In this document: positions 11,320 to 20,666 of the stretch, piece after piece
How positions within the stretch are numbered: position 1 is the first letter of the stretch
How the letters are laid out: each line of letters begins with the position of its first letter
Assembly (NCBI GenBank): GCA_040217195.1
Contig: JAVJNR010000008.1
Span: forward strand, 480,001-544,000
Reading direction: 5' to 3'
Length of the DNA: 64,000 nt
Source: Leptospiraceae bacterium
GTDB taxonomy: Bacteria; Spirochaetota; Leptospiria; Leptospirales; Leptonemataceae
Notes under the pieces: model-generated
What the model was told of the DNA's origin: nothing
Seen by the model: the letters and a program-made list of their open reading frames with translations, nothing else
The model's database searches: none
Made by a program: the position numbers and the translations under genes

Positions 11320-11883
11320 TCAGACAGTAAGAATGCTTTCTTCTTTCTGTTCGGCCAGCTTATCTGCTTCGGCTATGGATTGGTCGGTGATTTTCTGAAT
11401 CTCTTCCTGGCTGGATTTAGATTCATCTTCTGGCAGGCCGCTTAGCTTCTTGATATGGTCATTGGCATCCCGACGGACGTTACGTATGGCCACTTTAGTT
11501 TCTTCCAGTCTGCTTTTTACCTGCTTCACCAGCTCCTGACGTCTTTCCATAGAAAGTTCTGGTAGCACCAGACGGATCATACTTCCATCATTTTGAGGCG
11601 TAAGACCCAGATCACTCTTTTGAATGGCTTTTTCAATATCTCCCAGGGCAGTCTTATCGAAAGGAGTTAAAACCATCATTCTGGCTTCGGGAATATTCAG
11701 CGATGCCAGTTGATTCAGTGGAGTCATGGCTCCATAGTATTCAACCTGAATACCATCCAGCATATTCGGAGTGGCCCGCGCCGCTCGAATAGTGGCCAGA
11801 TCTCGCTTATAGGATTCGATGCTTTTTTGCATCTTCTCTTCTGCTTCCAGCAGAATCTCTTCAACGCCAGTTTCTTCAGGCAT
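11320..11883 (-). CDS. frr: Ribosome recycling factor
   Basis: IRAARATPNML, VEYYGAMTPLNQLA, DLGLTPQNDG, AIRNVRRDAN. ATG at 11883 overlaps the pyrH end. Confidence 0.97.
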   Translation of the reverse strand: MPEETGVEEILLEAEEKMQKSIESYKRDLATIRAARATPNMLDGIQVEYYGAMTPLNQLASLNIPEARMMVLTPFDKTALGDIEKAIQKSDLGLTPQNDGSMIRLVLPELSMERRQELVKQVKSRLEETKVAIRNVRRDANDHIKKLSGLPEDESKSSQEEIQKITDQSIAEADKLAEQKEESILTV

Positions 11884-12613
11884 ATTCCAGTCCTTCCTTT
11901 GACGAGATAAGAGTACCGATATCTTCTCCGGCAATCAATTTCTCAAGATTTCCTTCTTTGAAGATATCAAACACTAAAATAGGCAGGTTATTCTCCATGC
12001 AAAGAGTAAGTGCCGTAGTATCCATTACCTTTAGACGACGCTGAATAGATTCCATGTAGGAAATATGCCTGAAGCGTTTGGCATCCTCATTTTTCATTGG
12101 ATCGGAGTCATAGACTCCATCCACTTTGGTAGCTTTCAAGATAACCTGACTTCCCACTTCTACGGCACGAAGGGCGGCTGTTGTATCTGTGGTGAAGTAT
12201 GGATTACCGGTTCCGCCAGCAAATATTACGATTCGATTCTTTTCCAGGTGGCGCATGGCCTTTCTACGAATATAAGATTCGCAGATGGATTTCATTTCAA
12301 TGGCGGACTGAACTCTGGTAATCAGACCTACATTTTCGCAGGCATCTTGAAGGGCCAGAGCATTGATCACAGTTCCTATCATGCCCATGTAGTCGGCGGT
12401 GGCCCGGTCCATGCCTGCTTCAGCAAACTGGGAGCCTCGTAGAATATTGCCGCCGCCGATAACCACGGCAACAGCAATTCCGGCTTTGTGGCAGAGCTTG
12501 ATTTGCCCCGCCACTTTACGAACCAGATCTACCTCCAGTCCATTGCTTCCCCTGGTGGTGAAGGATTCTCCGGAAAGCTTCAGGAGGATTCTTCGGTAGG
12601 GAAACTCAGACAT
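11876..12613 (-). CDS. pyrH: UMP kinase
   Basis: RILLKLSGE, VIGGGNI, GTGNPYFTTDTTAALRA, LKVMD. Confidence 0.98.
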   Translation of the reverse strand: MSEFPYRRILLKLSGESFTTRGSNGLEVDLVRKVAGQIKLCHKAGIAVAVVIGGGNILRGSQFAEAGMDRATADYMGMIGTVINALALQDACENVGLITRVQSAIEMKSICESYIRRKAMRHLEKNRIVIFAGGTGNPYFTTDTTAALRAVEVGSQVILKATKVDGVYDSDPMKNEDAKRFRHISYMESIQRRLKVMDTTALTLCMENNLPILVFDIFKEGNLEKLIAGEDIGTLISSKEGLEYA

Positions 12614-12617
12614 GGAA

Positions 12618-13211
12618 TTAACCTACCTGATAACGGGTGAACCTTCCAACGGTGATATTTTCACCGAACTTGGAAATGGCTTCTTTCACCAGGTCCTGAA
12701 TGGTAGTCTTGGGATCCTTGATATAGGGCTGCTCAAGAAGGGCTACTTCAGAGAAGAATTTCTTCATTTTTCCAGGAACGATCTTTTCGATCTGCTCTGG
12801 CTTCTTGCCTTCTTCCTTTAGCTGGGCTTCCACTACCTGCTTTTCGCGCTCAATTTCGTCTTCAGGAACATCTTCAGCGGTAACAGCCAGAGGAGCCTGC
12901 GCTGCAATCTGCATGCATATATCCTTTCCTAGCTGGGCGAAGTCTTCATTTCGAGCTACAAAATCCGTTTCGCAGTTAAGCTGCAGTAGAACTCCAATGT
13001 TTCCTTCTCCGTGGATGTAGGAGAATACTCGACCGACTCCGGTAGTGCGATCCATGCGCTTGGCAGCTTTGGCCAGTCCCTTAGAACGCAGAGCGTCCGC
13101 AGCTTTTTTCAGATCACCGGCAGTTTCTTCCAGTGTGCGCTTGCAATCCATCATGCCAGCGCCGGTCATTTCACGTAGTTCTTTAATCTGGTCAGTTGTA
13201 ACGGCTGCCAT
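12618..13211 (-). CDS. tsf: Elongation factor Ts (short form)
   Basis: IKELREMTGAGMMDCK, NCETDFVARN, LLEQPYIKD. Confidence 0.98.
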   Translation of the reverse strand: MAAVTTDQIKELREMTGAGMMDCKRTLEETAGDLKKAADALRSKGLAKAAKRMDRTTGVGRVFSYIHGEGNIGVLLQLNCETDFVARNEDFAQLGKDICMQIAAQAPLAVTAEDVPEDEIEREKQVVEAQLKEEGKKPEQIEKIVPGKMKKFFSEVALLEQPYIKDPKTTIQDLVKEAISKFGENITVGRFTRYQVG

Positions 13212-14155
13212 TATGCTTCCTCTTGAGTTGCTTTTTCGCCTTCGGCTTTAACCTCGCCTTCTGCTTCACCTTCGCCTTCGCCTTCTCCCTTGATGTAGGC
13301 TTTGGCTTCTTCGTCCACTACAGGCTCAGCAGCCGGGGCTGCAATTGGTGCATCTTCAATAAATTCTCCGGACTCATCGTATTCGCCTTTGTAGCGAATG
13401 GAATCTACCGGGATGGAATCTGGATCGAACTGCTCATCGTCGTCAGTAAACTCGGAAGTTCCAACAATTCCTTCGGTTCCTTCGATAATTGCATCTGCCA
13501 TGGTTTGCAGAAATAAAGAGATTGCCCGAATCGCATCATCGTTTCCAGGAATTGGATGGTCGATCAGTTCTGGATTACAATTGGAGTCTACTACTGCATA
13601 GATCTCGATTCCCAGATTCTTGGCTTCTCGGATAGCGATGGCCTCTTTACTTGGATCAATCACGAACATGATATCCGGCGGAGTAAGCATATCCTTGATA
13701 CCGGACAGGTTCTTTCGCAGATTATCCAGCTCCCTTTGAAGCATTAGCACTTCCTTCTTGGTACGTGCTTCTTGCTCGAAGGTTCCTGATTCTTCCATGG
13801 CCTCCAGTCTCTTCAGACGAGCGATGGATTTCTTTACAGTATTCCAGTTGGTCAGCAATCCACCGGGCCAGCGGGTGTTCACATAGAACATTTTGCAACG
13901 CTTGGCTTCACGCTCTACAGCGCCCCGGGCTTGCTTTTTGGTGCCTACAAAAAGGACCTTCTTTCCGCGGTGAGTAGCTTCTCGCAGAGCTTCATAGGCA
14001 ATCTTGGCCATTTGAACGGTCTTTTGCAGATCAATGATATGAATTCCATTTCTTGCAGTGAAGATATAGGGGGCCATGCGAGGGTCCCACTTGCGAGTCT
14101 GGTGGCCGAAGTGCACTCCAGCTTCCAGCAGGGTTTTCATTGAGATGGTCGACAT
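13211..14155 (-). CDS. rpsB: 30S ribosomal protein S2 with an acidic C-terminal tail
   Basis: [45 protein letters not shown]. Confidence 0.98.
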   Translation of the reverse strand: MSTISMKTLLEAGVHFGHQTRKWDPRMAPYIFTARNGIHIIDLQKTVQMAKIAYEALREATHRGKKVLFVGTKKQARGAVEREAKRCKMFYVNTRWPGGLLTNWNTVKKSIARLKRLEAMEESGTFEQEARTKKEVLMLQRELDNLRKNLSGIKDMLTPPDIMFVIDPSKEAIAIREAKNLGIEIYAVVDSNCNPELIDHPIPGNDDAIRAISLFLQTMADAIIEGTEGIVGTSEFTDDDEQFDPDSIPVDSIRYKGEYDESGEFIEDAPIAAPAAEPVVDEEAKAYIKGEGEGEGEAEGEVKAEGEKATQEEA

Positions 14156-14403
14156 TAGTTCTTTCCTTTCTTATAAAGAAGCCAGCCACCCAGTAGAACG
14201 CCAATTAACGCTCCAGGAGTGACCGTAACTTCCAGGATCTTTATTATATAGAAATCCTTTGCTACAGTGAGCGGTTCACCGGTCAGACTGAAATCCAAGA
14301 AGGCCAGTCCAAAAACCCTGTGCAATAAAGACCCGGCCACCGAGCCCAGGAATGCACAGAGTATGATTGTGAGGATTGCGAAGCTTATGGAAAGCTTCCC
14401 CAT
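14155..14403 (-). CDS. Small two-TM membrane protein (DUF4321-like)
   Basis: 82 aa with two hydrophobic segments. Its TAA overlaps the rpsB ATG (TAATG). Family resemblance is from memory only. Confidence 0.65.
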   Translation of the reverse strand: MGKLSISFAILTIILCAFLGSVAGSLLHRVFGLAFLDFSLTGEPLTVAKDFYIIKILEVTVTPGALIGVLLGGWLLYKKGKN

Positions 14404-14608
14404 CTATCCGCCCGATGACAAAGTTGAAAAGACGTCAACCCAGTCAATCCATTTCATGAATTTGCCTCCCCCGGAAGTGAAAAACTGTGGGATTATGTCT
14501 CATTATCTTTCCAGTCCCTTCTAGAGTCCTTTTCCACCAGCCGCAGGTTCCGGAGACAGCCAACCGCATGACAGGATAGCACTTACCCTCCCATCGGTCA
14601 ATGCCATC

Positions 14609-14932
14609 TCAGTGAGTGCCCGAACTTACATCCCGGGACCGTTGGATGGCATCCAGGATCGATTGACGGGACGGAAATCCCTGAAGCTGCCCCCCACTCC
14701 CCCGGTAGATTCTACAGCATTTCCCTGCGTCGGAGGCAGCATCCACTTCCTGACCGTCCACAAGCACTGAAGGAGATCCGAAATTGCGCAGTTCCGATGG
14801 ACAGTTTTTGCTGCTCGTATCTACCATCTCTATAGAGAAATCCAGGTTTTCCTGCCGGCAAAGGGACTCCACCTCCGCTCGAGCCTGTTCAAAGTTCGGG
14901 CAATCCGGCTCATATAAAATGGAGATCTTCAT
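14609..14932 (-). CDS. Thioredoxin/glutaredoxin-like small protein (DUF2703/DF-type)
   Basis: ILYEPDCPN N-terminal motif, GSPSVLVDG cis-Pro loop and CCRIY. Confidence 0.7.
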   Translation of the reverse strand: MKISILYEPDCPNFEQARAEVESLCRQENLDFSIEMVDTSSKNCPSELRNFGSPSVLVDGQEVDAASDAGKCCRIYRGSGGQLQGFPSRQSILDAIQRSRDVSSGTH

Positions 14933-15087
14933 TCAGTCTGAATTAAGCAACGGACTTGAACCGTGGCAACTGGCAGGCCCCATTTCCAATTCCCTTCCCC
15001 GAAGTTGCCCATCCACCCCGACCGGCCATCGTAAATTATTTAAACCTCTCATATATAAATTCGTCCAAGTAGTCTGTCTGAGCAATA

Positions 15088-15873
15088 ATGACTATGTTTC
15101 ACAATTCATTGCGCATACCGATTCTAGTATCCCTTCTGAGTATAGCGACCTCATTGGCGCCGGCTTCGGCCAGTCCCTGGTCTTTGTATCTCGGAGGAGG
15201 TGGATCGCGATTACAGTTTCTCAATCCGGGTCCCACAGATCTGGAGACTTACCGGAGCCTCTATTTTTTAGATCAGATTGAAAGACAATCCCTTACGGAA
15301 CCGGAACGAACCTTCGCCTACATCTGGTTGAATAGAAATCAGAAATCCCGGAGACGATCCCTGGATGCAAGTAGAGGGCTGATTCAGATGAGATATTCAC
15401 AAGCCGGAGATCCATGGAGTTTTCGCATCGGCTACAGATCGGAAAGAGCCATTCTGGATTGCACCGAATGCAGTGAGGCCGGAGGTATCCACCGATGGCT
15501 TCTCTGGGATGAAATTCAGAAGGGAAACAGGGACCCTGTCTTTCTACTTTATGCAGCGCAGTCTCTGCAAAGCCAGGGCGGAAGCACAGCCCAGTTTGAT
15601 CTTCTTGAATTCGGCTGGACTTACCACTTTCGCAGAAATAAGAGCATTGATCCCTTTCTGGGACTTACTGGTTTGCTGGGAACCTGCCGGGTGCAAGCGT
15701 ACAGCTCAGATGGTTGTTACGCAGAGTTTGCGGCACTACAGGCGGGACTACGCTTGCGCGCATCGGAACTAATTTTTCTGGAAATCGAGGTGGAGCAACG
15801 CTGGGGCCTATCCGGTCCAGCGAGACGGACATCGGCCACGGGGCTGAATCTGGGATTGAGCTTCCTGTTCTAG
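15088..15873 (+). CDS. Putative outer-membrane beta-barrel protein
   Basis: Signal peptide (ASA), amphipathic strands (FGWTYHF, DPFLGL) and a C-terminal GLNLGLSFLF Bam-type signature. Confidence 0.6.
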   Translation: MTMFHNSLRIPILVSLLSIATSLAPASASPWSLYLGGGGSRLQFLNPGPTDLETYRSLYFLDQIERQSLTEPERTFAYIWLNRNQKSRRRSLDASRGLIQMRYSQAGDPWSFRIGYRSERAILDCTECSEAGGIHRWLLWDEIQKGNRDPVFLLYAAQSLQSQGGSTAQFDLLEFGWTYHFRRNKSIDPFLGLTGLLGTCRVQAYSSDGCYAEFAALQAGLRLRASELIFLEIEVEQRWGLSGPARRTSATGLNLGLSFLF

Positions 15874-16136
15874 AATGCTGACGTCGGGTTGCCGCAGGCT
15901 CCTCCAGTATGCAAATCCAGATTGCATCTGGGCCTCACCTGAATGCTTTGAGTGGCCGGGCGAATTAGCGATCAAAGTTTCTGCATTTCCAATGCCGGCT
16001 TTTGGATTCGTCTGGCGGCAAAAACCAATCAAATCGCCGTTTCGCAGCCAAATTCTGCACTTGCTGCAACAGGGGCCCGTGACGACATATTCCACAAATT
16101 TCTTCACATTTTTTCTGTAACCGGACCACAAAAACA

Positions 16137-16165
16137 TTGACTCAATCATTGGAGGATCATATCCC
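16137..16165 (+). promoter_or_regulatory. Possible sigma70 promoter for the nrdJ leader
   Basis: TTGACT-N17-TATCCC. The -35 is good; the -10 is weak. Confidence 0.35.
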
Positions 16166-16173
16166 TTTCAGAC

Positions 16174-16440
16174 TCCGTATGCGATTCAAATCGAGTGCGG
16201 ATTAATGAGACATAATCCAGAAATTTCATACCCGAATCTGGAATGAATGGTTACAATAGCGAAACTGCTTCGGCATTTCGCCGGGAACTGAGAAGGTCCC
16301 GCTACGCGCTGTTCGGGTCCGGTTTATTTAAAAACGCCGGACAGCTTAAAGGTCGGATTGTCTCTAAATGTATCCGTCTCAGGACGGACCCGCTTTTGCG
16401 GAAAACGGTTCAGGCCGTTCGATGTCCGGTGGAAAACCGG
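16174..16440 (+). ncRNA. Candidate structured cis-regulatory 5' leader of nrdJ
   Basis: At least eight stems, including GCGAAA-C-TGC-TTCG-GCA-TTTCGC (UUCG loop), CGGGA..CT-GAGA-AG..TCCCG (GNRA loop), GCTGTTCGG/CCGGACAGC, CCGC-TTTT-GCGG and CCGGT-GGAAA-ACCGG. Confidence 0.5.
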
Positions 16441-16475
16441 CCATCCATTAGTATATTGATGAGGTAGTGTCAGAA

Positions 16476-19400
16476 ATGCGAGTCAGCCGCTTATTTACGT
16501 CCCAGATCCAGGACGCGCCCGCCCTGGAATCTTATGATAATCCCCAGGAGCAATCCCGTATTCGGGAGCTCTTCAAATGGACCCGTCGTACATCCAGAAT
16601 TGTGAACCCGGATGGTACTGTGGTCTTTGAAGCCAGAGATGTAGAGGTACCGGAGCAATGGTCTCAGGTAGCCCTGGATATTCTGGCTCAGAAGTATTTT
16701 CGCAAAGCCGGTGTGCCCCGCTACAGCAAAGCCATAGCCGAAGAAGGTGTTCCTGCATGGTTGCAGCGCCGAGAGCCTGACTACGATCGCCTGAATGAAC
16801 TCCCAGAGGATGAACGATTCGGTCCAGAAACCAGTGCATTGCAGGTATTTCATCGTCTGGCCGGTTGCTGGACCTACTGGGGATTCAAGAATGATTATTT
16901 CTCCAGCGAGCAAGACGCACTGGCATTCTATGAAGAAATGATGTTTATGCTGGCGAATCAAATCTCCGCGCCAAATTCGCCGCAATGGTTTAATACAGGT
17001 CTACACTGGGCCTATGGTATTGATGGAAAGGGCCAGGGCCATTATTACGTGGATCCAGCCACCCAGGAATTAATTCGTTCCCAGAGTGCTTATGAGCGCC
17101 CTCAACCCCATGCATGCTTTATTCAGTCTGTGGGCGATGATCTGGTATCTGATGGAGGCATCATGGATCTCTGGGTCCGAGAAGCCCGATTGTTCAAGTA
17201 TGGTTCCGGCACAGGGACAAACTTCTCCAGTCTACGTGCAGAAGGCGAACCTCTGAGCGGAGGCGGCAAAAGCTCAGGATTGATGAGTTTTCTCAAGATT
17301 GGCGACCGGGCTGCCGGGGCGATCAAATCCGGCGGCACTACCCGAAGAGCAGCGAAGATGGTATGTCTGGACATGGATCATCCAGATATCGAAGAATTCA
17401 TAGGCTGGAAAGTAATCGAAGAGCAAAAGGTACTCTCACTGGTTGCCGGCTCCAAACTCGCAAACAGGCACCTGAACAATATCATGAAGATTGCTTCAGA
17501 AAGCGGAAGCGACCCTGCGAATAATGCAGACCTGAAGAAAGCCATTATCGAGGCCCGAAAGTCGGAAATTTCCGAAAACTATATTCGTCGCGTTCTGGAC
17601 CTGGTAGATCAAGGGCACAGTTCAATTCTGTTTGAAGAGCTAACCACTGACTGGCAATCCAGAGCCTATCAGACCGTCTCCGGTCAGAATTCCAACAACT
17701 CCGTGCGAATCAACGGCGAGTTTATGAATGCCGTAGAGAACGATGGAGACTGGGGTCTTTACTGGAGAACAGAAAAGGAAATCGCAGCGGAGCAAAATCG
17801 AAAACCTACTGCGATTCGCACAGTAAAAGCGCGAAATCTCTGGGAGGAGATTTCCTTCGCCGCCTGGGCCAGTGCCGATCCAGGAGTACAGTTTGATACA
17901 ACCATCAATGAATGGCATACCTGCCCCGAAGACGGCCCCATTCGAGCCTCCAACCCCTGCTCTGAATACATGTTTCTGGACAATACGGCCTGCAACCTGG
18001 CCAGCCTGAACCTGATTCGCTTTTTGAACGAGCAAACAGGAGAAGTGGATGATATAGCACTTCGTCATGCAGCCCGATTGTGGACCATCGTTCTGGAAAT
18101 TTCTGTGACTATGGCACAGTTTCCGTCCAGAGAAATCGCGGACCTTTCCTATAAGTACCGTACACTGGGTCTTGGATATGCAAACCTGGGCAGCCTGCTT
18201 ATGGTTCTGGGTATCCCCTACGATTCCGATGAAGCTCGTTCTATGGCAGGAGCCATTACAGCCATCCTGCACATGACAGCGGCGGCCACCAGTGCAGAGA
18301 TGTCGGAACGTTTGGGCCCCTTCGCAGGATTTGAAGCCAACCGTGAGCATATGCTGCGAGTTTTTCGCAATCACCGCCGAGCGGTGTACAATGAAGCTCC
18401 TGAATCCTATGAAGGTTTGAGCATTACTCCTGTGGGAATCGATGGTTCCATCTGCCCGGAAAACCTGTATATGGCGGCCAGAGATGAAGCGGATCGCGCT
18501 CTGCAAATGGGCGAGAAGCATGGCTACAGAAATGCTCAAATGACTGTAATTGCTCCCACCGGAACAATCGGTCTGGTAATGGATTGCGATACTACCGGTA
18601 TAGAACCGGACTTTGCTCTTGTTAAATTCAAGAAGCTGGCCGGCGGCGGATACTTTAAGATTATCAATCAGTCGGTTCCACCGGCCCTGCGTAGACTGGG
18701 CTACAACGAGGAGCAGATTGCAGATATAATCAACCATACCACTGGCCATAGAAGTCTGAAAGGGTCTCCTCATATTAATCCGGAGTCTTTGAAGGAAAAA
18801 GGATTCACCGATGAAGTACTTGCGAAGCTGGAAGATGAACTACCTTCAGCATTCGACATTTCCTTCGTTTTCAATGCTTTCACCCTGGGTGAAGACTTTG
18901 TAAGAAATACATTGAAAGCCGGTGATCAGGTAATGCAGCCTGGTTTTCAACTTCTAGAATTCCTGGGCTTTAACAGAGAACAGATTCGCCTGGCAAATGA
19001 TTATGTAACCGGAACCATGACTATTGAAGGTGCTCCTCATCTGAAAGAAGAGCATTACCCGGTTTTCGACTGTGCCAACAAATGCGGTCGGTACGGTAAG
19101 CGATACCTCTCCTGGCAATCCCATGTTAAGATGATGGCATCGGCTCAGCCTTTCATATCTGGTGCGATTTCCAAAACCATCAACCTTCCCATGGAAGCTT
19201 CCATCGAAGATGTAAAACAGGCTTACTGGCTCAGCTGGAAGTTGATGAACAAGGCCATTGCCCTTTACAGAGATGGATCCAAACTATCCCAGCCTCTGAA
19301 TGTTCTCAGCGATGAAGATTTTGAGGAAGAAAGCCAGGCTACTGAACCCACTGTGAAAGAAGTAGAGAAGATTCTCTATAAGTATATAGCCAAACGTCGT

Positions 19401-20138
19401 CGATTGCCTGCACGACGGGCCGGATATACACAGAAGGCATCGGTAGGTGGGCATAAAGTCTACATTCGCACCGGCGAATATGAAGATGGAGCTCTGGGCG
19501 AAGTCTTCCTGGATATGCATAAAGAAGGAGCGGCCTTTCGCTCTTTGATGAACTGCTTTGCAATTGCTATATCCCTGGGCCTTCAGTACGGAGTGCCTCT
19601 GGAAGAATTTGTGGAGGCCTTTGTATTCACCAGGTTCGAACCTAATGGCATGGTTATGGGAAATCCCCATATCAAAATGTCCACATCTATCATCGATTAC
19701 ATCTTCCGCGAACTGGCCATTACCTACCTCGGTCGTTACGACCTGGCCCAGGTGGAACCAGAAGACATTCGGCCGGATGTGGTTAGTTCCCGGGACACCC
19801 CGGCACCAAATAAAGTGCCTGCCGGAGCCAGCGCCTCGGCGGAAGCTACGACCAGTACAGTTCCGTCCGTCACAGAAATGTCCGCCCCTTCATCGAAGGC
19901 AGCTGCAGCCGACGAAGATAAATCAGCCATGATGGAGCTTTCATTCATGAAAGGATCCGGTGGAAGCCAGGCATCTGCTTCCGGAACATCCGCCGTGGCC
20001 GAGATGGATCTCAGCACTGTTGCCAAACTGAAAGGCTATGAGGGAGATCCCTGCCCGGAATGCGGTCAGTTCACTCTGGTGAGAAATGGTACCTGCCTGA
20101 AGTGTAACTCCTGCGGATCCACTACAGGATGCAGCTAG
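16476..20138 (+). CDS. nrdJ: Vitamin B12-dependent (class II) ribonucleotide reductase with C-terminal TSCPD/zinc-ribbon region
   Basis: [25 protein letters not shown] (thiyl Cys), [17 protein letters not shown]-terminal CPECG..CNSCG. ATG at 16476 follows GAGGT. Confidence 0.96.
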   Translation: MRVSRLFTSQIQDAPALESYDNPQEQSRIRELFKWTRRTSRIVNPDGTVVFEARDVEVPEQWSQVALDILAQKYFRKAGVPRYSKAIAEEGVPAWLQRREPDYDRLNELPEDERFGPETSALQVFHRLAGCWTYWGFKNDYFSSEQDALAFYEEMMFMLANQISAPNSPQWFNTGLHWAYGIDGKGQGHYYVDPATQELIRSQSAYERPQPHACFIQSVGDDLVSDGGIMDLWVREARLFKYGSGTGTNFSSLRAEGEPLSGGGKSSGLMSFLKIGDRAAGAIKSGGTTRRAAKMVCLDMDHPDIEEFIGWKVIEEQKVLSLVAGSKLANRHLNNIMKIASESGSDPANNADLKKAIIEARKSEISENYIRRVLDLVDQGHSSILFEELTTDWQSRAYQTVSGQNSNNSVRINGEFMNAVENDGDWGLYWRTEKEIAAEQNRKPTAIRTVKARNLWEEISFAAWASADPGVQFDTTINEWHTCPEDGPIRASNPCSEYMFLDNTACNLASLNLIRFLNEQTGEVDDIALRHAARLWTIVLEISVTMAQFPSREIADLSYKYRTLGLGYANLGSLLMVLGIPYDSDEARSMAGAITAILHMTAAATSAEMSERLGPFAGFEANREHMLRVFRNHRRAVYNEAPESYEGLSITPVGIDGSICPENLYMAARDEADRALQMGEKHGYRNAQMTVIAPTGTIGLVMDCDTTGIEPDFALVKFKKLAGGGYFKIINQSVPPALRRLGYNEEQIADIINHTTGHRSLKGSPHINPESLKEKGFTDEVLAKLEDELPSAFDISFVFNAFTLGEDFVRNTLKAGDQVMQPGFQLLEFLGFNREQIRLANDYVTGTMTIEGAPHLKEEHYPVFDCANKCGRYGKRYLSWQSHVKMMASAQPFISGAISKTINLPMEASIEDVKQAYWLSWKLMNKAIALYRDGSKLSQPLNVLSDEDFEEESQATEPTVKEVEKILYKYIAKRRRLPARRAGYTQKASVGGHKVYIRTGEYEDGALGEVFLDMHKEGAAFRSLMNCFAIAISLGLQYGVPLEEFVEAFVFTRFEPNGMVMGNPHIKMSTSIIDYIFRELAITYLGRYDLAQVEPEDIRPDVVSSRDTPAPNKVPAGASASAEATTSTVPSVTEMSAPSSKAAAADEDKSAMMELSFMKGSGGSQASASGTSAVAEMDLSTVAKLKGYEGDPCPECGQFTLVRNGTCLKCNSCGSTTGCS

Positions 20139-20197
20139 GATTCCCGTTCAAAACGAGTAGATGAATGGTAGATTCGACTCTGCCGTTTCCCAATACG

Positions 20198-20227
20198 AAG
20201 CCCGGCATCCAGCCGGGCTTTTCTTTT
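20198..20227 (+). terminator. Rho-independent terminator of nrdJ
   Basis: AAGCCCGGC-ATCCA-GCCGGGCTT followed by TTCTTTT. Confidence 0.85.
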
Positions 20228-20518
20228 GATTCATATTTTCATTAAACCTGCACCCATTTTTGAAGCGTTGCCTCAAAAGGATCACCGTTGTATGAATCCC
20301 GGCAGCGCCTTAATGCATTTAAGCTCTGCCGGCACGCTGCGCTAACTCCCGGGACTTTGTCCCAATTTTACTTCAGATATGAGTTTTGGCTCCGTGTCGC
20401 ATAGCCCGGTATGAACGTTCGCGGGCGACTCGGCGGTCCAGCCTGAAAAATAAACGACCCGGGTTCGCCTAATTCCAGATGGGCGGGCAAATGCGAACCC
20501 CGGCTGGACCGAATCAGA

Positions 20519-20547
20519 TTGACAAACAGTATTGGGCCCGGTATGAT
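20519..20547 (+). promoter_or_regulatory. Near-consensus sigma70 promoter with no downstream CDS
   Basis: TTGACA (20519-20524), 17-nt spacer, TATGAT (20542-20547). Confidence 0.7.
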
Positions 20548-20551
20548 TTTA

Positions 20552-20645
20552 ATCGGGGGCTCCATCCGAGTTCGGCTTATACCACGGATCAATCACACTA
20601 AACGAACCCTGTGGCGTAGATCCGGCAGGGCCCGGTGCTTTTCAT
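20552..20645 (+). ncRNA. Candidate small RNA
   Basis: Follows the orphan promoter. ATCGGG..GGCTC can pair with GGGCCCGGT, CCACGG pairs with CTGTGG, there is an A/C-rich loop, and it ends in CTTTT. Confidence 0.4.
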
Positions 20646-20666
20646 TCAGCCCCGTATCCGGCAAAC

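Noticed and set aside
16174..16440. Canonical cobalamin riboswitch
   Set aside because: The conserved GGGAA..GGTG.AA.TCC / GCCCCCGC.ACTGT elements and B12 box were not found in order.
16446..16461. NrdR box (CATTAGTATATTGATG) before nrdJ
   Set aside because: Only a partial match to acaCwAtATaTwGtg and no tandem second box; too weak to call.
16243..16467. 74-aa ORF in the nrdJ leader
   Set aside because: No clear SD, atypical composition, and the region is better explained by RNA structure; a leader peptide is not fully excluded.
17640..18773. 377-aa antisense ORF inside nrdJ, and similar shadow ORFs in proS, carB, pckA and clpB
   Set aside because: They mirror the codon bias of strongly supported genes on the opposite strand and show no motifs.
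16476..20138. Intein or intron in the long nrdJ
   Set aside because: No C...HN/C splice junction or homing-endonuclease motif was seen; insert regions and the C-terminal domains explain the length.
20290..20655. tmRNA (minus-strand GGGGCTGA) or SRP RNA (plus-strand GGGGGCTC)
   Set aside because: No GGATTCGAC or T-arm/CCA end for tmRNA, and no helix-8 motif for SRP.
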